DNA of 40,000 nucleotides, from the NCBI RefSeq assembly GCF_015690355.1, contig NZ_JADPRT010000006.1:16003-56002 (forward strand), given 5' to 3'. The DNA comes from Streptacidiphilus fuscans (GTDB taxonomy: Bacteria > Actinomycetota > Actinomycetes > Streptomycetales > Streptomycetaceae). Under the pieces are notes generated by a model, which saw nothing but the letters and a program-made list of their open reading frames with translations, was not told the DNA's origin and ran no database searches. This document shows, piece after piece, positions 7,670 through 15,376 of this stretch. Position numbers and translations under genes: made by a program. Positions within the stretch are counted from its first letter, which is position 1, and every line of letters begins with the position of its first letter.

Positions 7670-8620
7670 ATGAGCCTGACGGTCGCGCCGCCCCCGCCCG
7701 TCGCCCGGCTGCGCCGACTGCGCGCGGTCGAGCTGCGGACACCCCACTTCGCCGCCTCCGGCGACTTCTACCGCGAGGTGTGGGGGCTGGAGCAGGTCGA
7801 GTCCGGCCGCGACGGCAGCTGGCTGCGCGGAACGGGCGACAACCACCACGTGCTGAGCCTGCAGCGCGCCGAGGCCAACGGCCTGGGCCGGATCAGCTTC
7901 GCCGTGGCCACCCCCGCCGAGATCGACGAGGCCGCGCGCCGACTCCTCGCCCGCGGCATCGTCCCGGTCGCGGGCCCCGGGCGCCTCGACCAGGTCGGCG
8001 GCGGCTACGGCCTCCGCTTCACCGACCCCGAGGGCCGACTGATCGAGCTCTCGGCGGACGTCGAGGCGGTCGTGCCGCGCGACCGGCTGGGCACTGCCGT
8101 GCCGGTGGGCGTCACCCACGTGGTGCTGAACACCATCGACATCGACGCCGCCGTCGCCTTCTACTGCGAGGTGCTCGGCATGCGGGTCTCGGACTGGTCC
8201 GCGCACCAGATGGCGTTCCTGCGCATCAACAGCGACCACCACTGCATCGCCTTCAACCAGGCGGAGTGGGCCTCGCTCAACCACGTCGCGTACGAGATGC
8301 CGTCGGTCGACCACTTCATGCGCGGCCTCGGCCGGCTCAAGCACCACGGAATCGCCCCGCAGTGGGGGCCGGGACGGCACGGGCCGGGCAACAACACCTT
8401 CTCCTACTTCACCGATCCGGCCGGGCTGGTCTGCGAGTACACCTCCGATGTCGCGCAGGTCGTCGAGGACCGGTGGATCTGCCGCACCTGGCCCCGGACG
8501 CCGGAGCTGTCCGACCTGTGGGGCACCGCCGGTCCGCCGTCCGCCACCATCCGCAGCCACATGGCCGGGATCCCGGACCCGGGCCCGCTCGCGGCACAGC
8601 ACGAAGGAGCACGGGCATGA
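7670..8620 (+). CDS. Two-domain extradiol ring-cleavage dioxygenase (VOC superfamily, catechol 2,3-dioxygenase-like)
   Basis: In-frame part of track ORF 7397..8620. Candidate metal ligands sit in VTHVVLNT, LNHVAYEM and YFTDPAGLVCEY. GGAG lies 7 nt before ATG 7670. An alternative start is ATG 7598, which overlaps the ALDH stop (TGATG). Confidence 0.9.
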   Translation: MSLTVAPPPPVARLRRLRAVELRTPHFAASGDFYREVWGLEQVESGRDGSWLRGTGDNHHVLSLQRAEANGLGRISFAVATPAEIDEAARRLLARGIVPVAGPGRLDQVGGGYGLRFTDPEGRLIELSADVEAVVPRDRLGTAVPVGVTHVVLNTIDIDAAVAFYCEVLGMRVSDWSAHQMAFLRINSDHHCIAFNQAEWASLNHVAYEMPSVDHFMRGLGRLKHHGIAPQWGPGRHGPGNNTFSYFTDPAGLVCEYTSDVAQVVEDRWICRTWPRTPELSDLWGTAGPPSATIRSHMAGIPDPGPLAAQHEGARA

Positions 8621-9438
8621 GCGTCGTCACTCAGGTCTCTCACGGAACGACCACGCGCCGCGTCGGGCTGGTCGGTTGGGGCGCGATCGGTCAGGTCGTC
8701 GGCAACGCGCTGGCCGAAGGCCGGGTCCCCGGCGCCGAGTTGGTCGGCATCGTCGACAACCGGACGCTGGACGACCTGCCCGCCCAGCAGCTCAACTTCG
8801 AGCAGGCGCTGGAGTCCTGCGACCTGATCGTCGAGGCGGCCGGGCAGTCCGTGGTCCGCGAGTGGGGCGAGCGGGTGCTCGCCGCGGGCGTCGACCTGAT
8901 GGTCTGCTCCAGCGGCGCGCTGACCGACGCCGACCTCGCCGAGCGGCTGCGCGGGGCCGGTCCCGGCCGGGTCTACTTCACCGGAGGCGCGGTCGGCGGC
9001 CTGGACCTGCTCCAGGCCGTGCGCGGCCTCGGTCCGCTGACCACCGTCCGGCTCACCACCACCAAGCTGCCGCGCACGCTCATCCAGCCGTGGATGGACC
9101 AGGAACTGACGGACCGTCTGAAGCGCGCCGAGGAGCCGGTCGAGGTGATGCGCGGCACCGCCGCCGACGTCCCGTCCAAGTTCCCCAAGTCGACCAACGT
9201 GGCCGCGTCCGTCGCGCTCGCCGTCGGCGACCCGCGTGCGGTCGAGGTGGTCGTGATGGCCGACCCGGCCGCCACGCTGACCCGGCACGTGATCGAGGCC
9301 GAGGGCAGCCACGGCAGCTACCGCTTCGAGGTCAACCACCGCCCCGACCCGGTAAACCCGGCCACCAGCCAAGTCGTCCCGCATGCCGTGCTGCGCAGCC
9401 TGGACGCGGTGCTGGGCCGCTCCGGGATGGTTCTGTGA
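8617..9438 (+). CDS. Aspartate dehydrogenase (NadX/DUF108)-family NAD(P)-dependent dehydrogenase
   Basis: 273 aa. N-terminal Rossmann motif VGLVGWGAIGQ. C-terminal GGAVGGLDLL ... NPATSQVVPHAVL pattern is typical of NadX-like proteins. ATGA start/stop overlap with the dioxygenase; GAAGGAG RBS at 8603-8609. Confidence 0.8.
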   Translation: MSVVTQVSHGTTTRRVGLVGWGAIGQVVGNALAEGRVPGAELVGIVDNRTLDDLPAQQLNFEQALESCDLIVEAAGQSVVREWGERVLAAGVDLMVCSSGALTDADLAERLRGAGPGRVYFTGGAVGGLDLLQAVRGLGPLTTVRLTTTKLPRTLIQPWMDQELTDRLKRAEEPVEVMRGTAADVPSKFPKSTNVAASVALAVGDPRAVEVVVMADPAATLTRHVIEAEGSHGSYRFEVNHRPDPVNPATSQVVPHAVLRSLDAVLGRSGMVL

Positions 9439-9482
9439 GTGCGCAGCGGAGTCGAGGCGGAGCACGACCGGGAGATGCTCTA

Positions 9483-10283
9483 GTGGACATCGAAGCGCTG
9501 GCCGACGGCGTGCACGTGGTCGAGTCGGGTCCCGAGGACGGTCCCGTTCTGCTCTGCTTGCACGGCATCGGTTCCTCCTCCGCCTCGTTCGCGCGGCTGG
9601 CCGAGGACCTCGCAGACAGCGTCCGCGTCGTCCGCTGGGACGCGCCCGGCTACGCGGCCTCCGCCGACCCCGAGAAGGCCCCCGGCCTGGACGGATTCGC
9701 GGACGCCGCAGCGGAGTTGATCCGGCGGCGCGGCGGGCGGGCCCATGTGCTCGGCGTCTCCTGGGGCGGCGTGATCGCGCTGCGGCTGGCGGTCCGTCAC
9801 CCGGAGCTGGTGGCCTCGCTGGTGGTCGCCGACTCCAGCGTCGGCTCCGGCGCCGACCCGGAGGCGACGCAGCGGATGCGGGCCCGCGCAGGCCAGTTGG
9901 CCGAGCAGGGCACCGAGGCGTTCGCCGCCGAGCGCGGACCGCGCCTGGTCTCCGACGCGGCCCCGGCCGAGTTGGTGGACCGCGTGGTGCGCACCATGGC
10001 CGACAGCATCCGCCTCCCCGGCTACGGCTACGCCGCCGAGGCGATGGCCGAGGCCGACCTCACCCCCGAACTGCCGCAGATCACCGCCCCCGTTCTGGTG
10101 GTCTGTGGCGACAAGGACCGCGTCACCGGCCCGGCGGCCTCGCAGGCCATCGCCGGCGGACTGCGGCGCGTCGCCTACGTGGTGATCGCCGACGCCGGGC
10201 ACCTGGCCAACCAGGAGCAGCCGGACGCCTTCCACTCCTGGGTGCGCGCGCACCTGCACGTCACCGCGCGCATCCCGTTCTGA
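9483..10283 (+). CDS. Alpha/beta-fold hydrolase (meta-cleavage-product hydrolase / enol-lactonase-like)
   Basis: In-frame part of ORF 8448..10283. HG oxyanion motif (LLCLHGIGSS), nucleophile elbow GVSWGG, CGDKDRV (Asp) and ADAGHLANQEQP (His). GTG 9483 behind GGGAGA is preferred. The codons between the alternative GTG 9435 (GTGA overlap) and 9483 have very low GC3. Confidence 0.88.
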   Translation: MDIEALADGVHVVESGPEDGPVLLCLHGIGSSSASFARLAEDLADSVRVVRWDAPGYAASADPEKAPGLDGFADAAAELIRRRGGRAHVLGVSWGGVIALRLAVRHPELVASLVVADSSVGSGADPEATQRMRARAGQLAEQGTEAFAAERGPRLVSDAAPAELVDRVVRTMADSIRLPGYGYAAEAMAEADLTPELPQITAPVLVVCGDKDRVTGPAASQAIAGGLRRVAYVVIADAGHLANQEQPDAFHSWVRAHLHVTARIPF

Positions 10284-10303
10284 CCATCCGTCACCATCCA
10301 CCG

Positions 10304-10324
10304 CACAACGCACAACGCACAACG
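10304..10324 (+). repeat. (CACAACG)x3 tandem heptamer just upstream of the cupin RBS
   Basis: Seen directly: CACAACG CACAACG CACAACG CAAGGAG. Confidence 0.8.
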
Positions 10325-10338
10325 CAAGGAGCATCTCC

Positions 10339-10860
10339 ATGCCGCTCGACCCCACCCCGTACCACGACGGTTCCGACCTGGCCGCCTTCACCGACTCGCT
10401 GATCGCCACCAAGGACTCGCGCGAGCCCGACTGGGACACCCTCGCTTTCCAGGCCAAGGCCGGTGACCAGTACCGCCGCGCCCAGATCCGCTACGTCGGC
10501 TCCGGCGCGACCGGCAACCACGAGGGCGACAACCGGATCATCCCCTCCGGCGGCTTCACCTTCTCCAACATGCTGCTGCCGCCCGGCGCCGAGGGCCCGG
10601 AGCACACCCACCACGACGTCGAGGAGGCCTTCTTCGTCCTGGAGGGCCAGGTCCGCGTCGGCATCCACCGTGGCGCCGACGAGATCGAGTACCGCACCCT
10701 CGGCTACCGCGACATGATCGTGGTCCCGGCCGGCGTGGCCCGCTCGCTCAAGAACGAGGGCGACACCGACGCACTCTTCTGCGTCGTCATCGGCACCCAG
10801 AAGCCGCAGGTCCCGACCTACCCCGAGCACTCGCCGATGCACGGCGTGACGCGCGGCTGA
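10339..10860 (+). CDS. Cupin-domain protein
   Basis: 173 aa. Cupin motif 1 is GPEHTHHDVEEAFFVLEG (HxH...E). In motif 2, VVPAGVARSLKN, Arg sits where His is usual. AAGGAG RBS. Confidence 0.85.
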   Translation: MPLDPTPYHDGSDLAAFTDSLIATKDSREPDWDTLAFQAKAGDQYRRAQIRYVGSGATGNHEGDNRIIPSGGFTFSNMLLPPGAEGPEHTHHDVEEAFFVLEGQVRVGIHRGADEIEYRTLGYRDMIVVPAGVARSLKNEGDTDALFCVVIGTQKPQVPTYPEHSPMHGVTRG

Positions 10861-11618
10861 TGGCGGACGACACGAGGCGGCGCACGGTCGTGGTGACCGG
10901 CGCGGGCCGCGGCCTCGGGCTGGCCACGGCGCACCGGATCGGCCGCGACGGCTACCGCGTCGTCGTCGCCGAGCTGGACGCCGAGCGCGGCGAGCAGGCC
11001 GTGGCAGAGCTGCGGGCGGCCGGCGTCGACGCGGTCTTCCACCCGCTCGACGTCGGCTCGCCCGAGTCGGTCGACGCCCTGGCCGCCGCGCTGGCCGCCG
11101 ACGGGACCCGGCTCCACGGCCTGGTCAACAACGCCGGTCTGGCCAACGCGGTGGGCGGCAAGCCGTTCCACGAGATCGACGTCGCCGCCTGGGACCGGAT
11201 CGCCACCGTCAACGCGCGCGGCCCCTGGCTGGTCGCGCGCGGGCTGTGGCCGCTGATGGCGGCCAACGGCGAGGGACGGATCGTCAACCTGGCCTCCGAC
11301 GCCGCGCTCTACGGGTCGCCGCGCCTCGCGCACTACATCGCCTCCAAGGGTGCGGTCATCGCGCTGACCCGGGCGATGGCGCGGGACGCGGGCGACGCCG
11401 GGGTCACCGTCAACGCGGTGGCCCCGGGCCTGACCGAGGGCGAGTCGGCGGTCGACATCCCGGCCGAGCGGCACGAGCTCTACCGCCTGAACCGCGCGGT
11501 GAAGCGCCCGCAGCGGCCGGAGGACCTGGTCGGCCTGATCGCGTTCCTGGTCGGCCCCGAGTCCGGCTACATCACCGGCCAGACCTTCGCCGTCAACGGC
11601 GGCTTCACGATGAACTGA
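10860..11618 (+). CDS. Classical SDR oxidoreductase (FabG-like)
   Basis: 252 aa. TGAGRGLG cofactor motif, NNAG, catalytic Ser (NLASDA) and HYIASKGA (YxxxK). The start overlaps the cupin stop by 1 nt (TGATG). Confidence 0.92.
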   Translation: MADDTRRRTVVVTGAGRGLGLATAHRIGRDGYRVVVAELDAERGEQAVAELRAAGVDAVFHPLDVGSPESVDALAAALAADGTRLHGLVNNAGLANAVGGKPFHEIDVAAWDRIATVNARGPWLVARGLWPLMAANGEGRIVNLASDAALYGSPRLAHYIASKGAVIALTRAMARDAGDAGVTVNAVAPGLTEGESAVDIPAERHELYRLNRAVKRPQRPEDLVGLIAFLVGPESGYITGQTFAVNGGFTMN

Positions 11619-11643
11619 CCGAACCAGCAAGAGGAGTAACACC

Positions 11644-12438
11644 ATGGACCTGGGCCTCTCCGGCCGCGGCATCCTGGTCACCGGAGGCAGCTCCGGGGTC
11701 GGCCTCGCGACCGTCCGTATGCTGCTCGCCGAGGGGGCCAAGGTCGCCACCTGCGGACGCCGTCCGGACGCGCTCGCGGGAGCCCTCGCCGGGCTCGCCG
11801 AGCGCTACGGCGACGACCACCTGTTCCACGCGCCGTGCGACGTGCGGGACGCGACGGCCGTCGACGCCTTCGTCAACCGCGCGGCCGAGCGGCTCGGCGG
11901 CCTCGACGGGCTGGTCAACAACGCGGGCGCCTCGCGCATGAAGCGCCTGCACGAGACCACCGCCGAGGACTGGCGCGACGAGCTCGACCTGAAGTTCTCC
12001 GGCGTGCTCAACCCGACCCTCGCCGCGCTGCCGCACCTGCGGACGTCGGACGCCGCGAGCGTGGTGAACATCAACGCGGTGCTGGCCAAGCAGCCGGAGC
12101 CGCACCTGATCACCACCAGCGCGGCGCGGGCCGGGATCCTCAACCTCTCCGCCTCGCTGGCCCAGGAGCTCGCCGCCGACGGCGTCCGGGTCAACTCGGT
12201 CTGCCTGGGCCTGATCGACACCGGCCAGTGGACCCGCCGCTACCAGGCCGACGACGCCGGGATCGACTACCCCACCTGGCAGGCCGAGTTCGCCGCCCGG
12301 CGCGGGATCGCGCTCGGCCGGTTCGGCACCGCCGACGAGGTCGCCTACGCGGTCACCACCCTGCTCTCCCCGCGCGCCGCGTACGTCACGGGCGCGAGCG
12401 TCGACGTCGCCGGCGGCGTCCACCGCGGCACCCACTGA
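11644..12438 (+). CDS. SDR-fold protein with degenerate catalytic triad
   Basis: 264 aa. TGGSSGVG and NNAG are present. A gap-free alignment to the FabG core (IITIGSVVG...NYAAAKAG) gives VVNINAVLA...TTSAARAG, that is Ser->Ala, Tyr->Thr and Lys->Arg. Confidence 0.88.
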   Translation: MDLGLSGRGILVTGGSSGVGLATVRMLLAEGAKVATCGRRPDALAGALAGLAERYGDDHLFHAPCDVRDATAVDAFVNRAAERLGGLDGLVNNAGASRMKRLHETTAEDWRDELDLKFSGVLNPTLAALPHLRTSDAASVVNINAVLAKQPEPHLITTSAARAGILNLSASLAQELAADGVRVNSVCLGLIDTGQWTRRYQADDAGIDYPTWQAEFAARRGIALGRFGTADEVAYAVTTLLSPRAAYVTGASVDVAGGVHRGTH

Positions 12439-12487
12439 CCGCGCCCCTGACACCCCCGCAGTACCGGCCGTACCGAAGGAACTCCCC

Positions 12488-14155
12488 ATGACCCCACCCA
12501 ACGGCGGCGACCTGCTGGTCGAGCTGCTGCGTGCCCACGGCACCGACACCGTCTTCGGCGTCGTCAGCGTCCACAACCTGCCGCTCGTCGAGGCCGTCGA
12601 TCGCGAGCTGCGCTTCGTCCCCGTGCGGCACGAGGCCGCGGCGGTGAACGCCGCCGACGGCTACGCCCGCGCCACCGGCCGCCTCGGCTGCGCGCTGACC
12701 AGCACCGGGACCGGTGCGGGCAACGCGGCGGGCTCGCTGATCGAGTCGCTGAGCGCCGGGACGTCGGTGCTGCACATCACCGGTCAGATCGACACCCCGT
12801 ACCTGGGCCTGGGCCGCGGCTTCATCCACGAGACCAAGGACCAGCCCGCCATGCTGACGGCGGTCTCCAAGCACGCCGCCACCGTCCGCGACGCCGCCTC
12901 GGCCGCCGAGGTGCTGCGCGAAGCCGCCGCTGCCGCGCTGGCCGCACCGGGCGGTCCGGCGAGCGTCGAGTGGCCGATCGACCTGCAGTACGCGGAGCAG
13001 ACGCCGGGTCAGCTCACCTCCCCCGCCGCTGCCGTGGCCGCGCCGCGGCCCGACGCCGCCGCGCTGGACGAGGCCACCGCGCTGCTGGCCGCCGCCCGGC
13101 GTCCGCTGATCTGGGCGGGCGGCGGCGCGACCGGGGCCCGCACGGAGCTGGCGGAGCTGCTGGCGCTGACCGGCGCGGGCCTGCTGACCAGCAACTCGGG
13201 CCGTGGCTCGGTCCCCGAGGACGACGAGCGCGTGGTCGGCAACTACGCCTCCGCTCCGGCGGGCAAGGCGCTGCTGGCCGAGGCGGACCTGCTGCTCTCG
13301 GTCGGCACGCACTTCCGCTCCAACGAGACCCACGACTACCGGCTCGCCGTCCCGGACGCGCACATCCAGATCGACCTGGACCCGGCCGCGCCGGGCCGCG
13401 TCTACCCGGCCAAGCACGGGCTGGTCGGCGACGCCGCCGCCGTGCTTGGTGAACTCGCTGCCCGGCTGCGCGCGGTGACCCCGCGCACCGAGGCCGCCTG
13501 GCCCGAGCGCGTGCGCCAGGCCCGGCAGGAGGCGCGCGCGAAGCAGCGCCACGCCATCGGCCCGCAGGCCGCGATCTGCGACGCGATCCGCGCCCACTAC
13601 CCGGTCGGCAGCGTGATCGCCCGCGATGTCACCATCCCGTCCTCGACCTGGGGCAACCGGCTGCTGGAGATCACCGACCCGGCCACCAACGTCTTCCCGC
13701 GCGGCGGCGGCATCGGCCAGGGCCTGGCCATGGGCATCGGCGCGGCTGTCGGCCGTCCCGAGGTCCCGACCGTGGTGATCGCGGGTGACGGCGGTCTGGC
13801 CGTGCACCTGGGCGAGCTGCTGACGCTGGCTCAGGAGCGGCCCCGTCTCACGCTGCTGGTCTTCAACGACGGCGGCTACGGCGTGCTGCGCAACATGCAG
13901 GAGGCGGGTGGCGGTCAGCGCCACGGAGTGGACCTCACCACGCCGGACTTCTTCCTGCTGGCCTCGTCGCTGGGCCTGCCGTTCCACCGGATCAGTCACG
14001 CCGACGACGCCGACGCCGTCCTGCGCGAGGCTGCGGCTGCCGACGGTCCGACCGTGGTGGAGGTCGACCTGGCCGCGCTCGGCCCGATGAACGTCCCGTT
14101 CACCCCTCCGGTGAGCGTGCCCACCCCGAAGTCCCCGACGGGAGGTGCCCGATGA
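12488..14155 (+). CDS. Thiamine-diphosphate-dependent enzyme (acetolactate synthase / benzoylformate decarboxylase superfamily)
   Basis: 555 aa. N-terminal Pyr domain with VRHEAAAVNAADGYAR (catalytic Glu). C-terminal ThDP motif IAGDGGLAV...LLVFNDGGYGV. Confidence 0.9.
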   Translation: MTPPNGGDLLVELLRAHGTDTVFGVVSVHNLPLVEAVDRELRFVPVRHEAAAVNAADGYARATGRLGCALTSTGTGAGNAAGSLIESLSAGTSVLHITGQIDTPYLGLGRGFIHETKDQPAMLTAVSKHAATVRDAASAAEVLREAAAAALAAPGGPASVEWPIDLQYAEQTPGQLTSPAAAVAAPRPDAAALDEATALLAAARRPLIWAGGGATGARTELAELLALTGAGLLTSNSGRGSVPEDDERVVGNYASAPAGKALLAEADLLLSVGTHFRSNETHDYRLAVPDAHIQIDLDPAAPGRVYPAKHGLVGDAAAVLGELAARLRAVTPRTEAAWPERVRQARQEARAKQRHAIGPQAAICDAIRAHYPVGSVIARDVTIPSSTWGNRLLEITDPATNVFPRGGGIGQGLAMGIGAAVGRPEVPTVVIAGDGGLAVHLGELLTLAQERPRLTLLVFNDGGYGVLRNMQEAGGGQRHGVDLTTPDFFLLASSLGLPFHRISHADDADAVLREAAAADGPTVVEVDLAALGPMNVPFTPPVSVPTPKSPTGGAR

Positions 14156-15123
14156 GCCGCTCGGAAGAGTACGACCTGGACCTGCTGGTGCACCGCACCA
14201 CCTGGGAGGCCGACGGGGTCCTCTCCGTCGAGCTGGTCCACCCCGAGGGCGAGGCGCTGCCCGCGTGGACTCCGGGCGCGCATATCGACCTCCATGTCGG
14301 CGCGCATGTGCGGCAGTACTCGCTCTGCTCCGACCCGGCCGACGCCTCCCGCTGGCGGATCGGCGTGCTGCGCGAGCCGTCCTCGCGGGGCGGCTCGGCG
14401 CACGTCCACGACACGCTGCGCCCTGGTCAGACGGTCACGGTGCGCGGGCCGCGCAACCACTTCGAGCTGGACCACGACGTCGAGCGCTACCTCTTCGTCG
14501 CGGGCGGCATCGGCATCACGCCGCTGCTCGCCATGGCCCGCGACGCCGCCCGGCGCGGCGTCCCGTGGCGGCTGGTGCACGGCGGACGGCGGCGTGACTC
14601 GATGGCGTTCGGCGCCGAACTGCGGGCGCTGGCCGAGCAGTCGAGCGGCGCGGGCGTCGAGGGCGCCGTCGAGTTCGTGCCCGAGGACGAGTGCGGACGG
14701 ATCGACCTGGACTCTCTGCTGACCGACCTCGCGCCCGGCACCCAGGTCTACTGCTGCGGCCCCGAGCCGCTGCTGGCCGCCGTCGAGCAGCGCTGCGACG
14801 CCCGCACCGAGCGCTTCGCGGCCCCGGCCGCAGCGCCCGTCGACCCGTCCGGCGAGGCCGCGTTCGAGGTGGTCTGCAACCGCAGCGGCCGAACCGTCAC
14901 CGTCGCGCCCGACTGCTCGACGCTGGAGGCGCTGGAGACGGCGGGGATCCCCGTCAACTCGTCCTGCCGGGACGGGATCTGCGGCACCTGCGAGACCCCC
15001 GTCCTCGACGGCGAGGTCGAGCACCGCGACTTCCTGCTCACCGACGAGGAGAAGGCGGCCGGGAAGTCGATGATGCTCTGCGTCTCGCGCGCCCGGTCCG
15101 CCCGCCTCGTCCTCGACCTCTGA
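14152..15123 (+). CDS. PDR/VanB-family oxidoreductase (FMN + NAD + C-terminal plant-type [2Fe-2S])
   Basis: 323 aa. RQYSLCS (flavin), FVAGGIGITPLLAM (NAD), CRDGICGTCETPV ... MLCVS (2Fe-2S cysteines). ATGA overlap with the ThDP enzyme gene. Confidence 0.93.
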   Translation: MSRSEEYDLDLLVHRTTWEADGVLSVELVHPEGEALPAWTPGAHIDLHVGAHVRQYSLCSDPADASRWRIGVLREPSSRGGSAHVHDTLRPGQTVTVRGPRNHFELDHDVERYLFVAGGIGITPLLAMARDAARRGVPWRLVHGGRRRDSMAFGAELRALAEQSSGAGVEGAVEFVPEDECGRIDLDSLLTDLAPGTQVYCCGPEPLLAAVEQRCDARTERFAAPAAAPVDPSGEAAFEVVCNRSGRTVTVAPDCSTLEALETAGIPVNSSCRDGICGTCETPVLDGEVEHRDFLLTDEEKAAGKSMMLCVSRARSARLVLDL

Positions 15124-15158
15124 GCCTCATCAGCGCTTCTGTCACTCCTGGAGCAACC

Positions 15159-15374
15159 ATGGACCAGTACCTGAACATCCGTCAGTCCCGTGACGGGGAG
15201 CCGAACCCCTACGAGATCCGGCTCGCCGGAGCTGTCGAGGAGGTCTTCGGCGCGGGCGCCCACGACCTCGCCGGGCTCGTCGCCGGGCTCAACGACCGCG
15301 GTCTCTTCGCCCCCGACGGCGCCGCCTGGACCGAGCAGACCTTCACCGCCGAGATGCAGCGCCTGGGAGCCTGA
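15159..15374 (+). CDS. Small protein (71 aa) with recombinase-like helix-turn-helix tail
   Basis: In-frame tail of ORF 14691..15374: MDQYLNIRQSRDGEPNPYEIRLAGAVEEVFGAGAHDLAGLVAGLNDRGLFAPDGAAWTEQTFTAEMQRLGA. GGAG lies 6 nt upstream and GC3 is high. The stop is 2 nt before the Rieske gene start. Confidence 0.7.
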   Translation: MDQYLNIRQSRDGEPNPYEIRLAGAVEEVFGAGAHDLAGLVAGLNDRGLFAPDGAAWTEQTFTAEMQRLGA

Positions 15375-15376
15375 CC

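Noticed and set aside
6015-7742. 575-aa minus-strand ORF covering the aldehyde dehydrogenase gene
   Set aside because: Antisense shadow ORF typical of high-GC DNA. The product is Arg/Gly/Ala-rich with no family motifs, while the plus-strand frame has unambiguous ALDH motifs and proper GC3.
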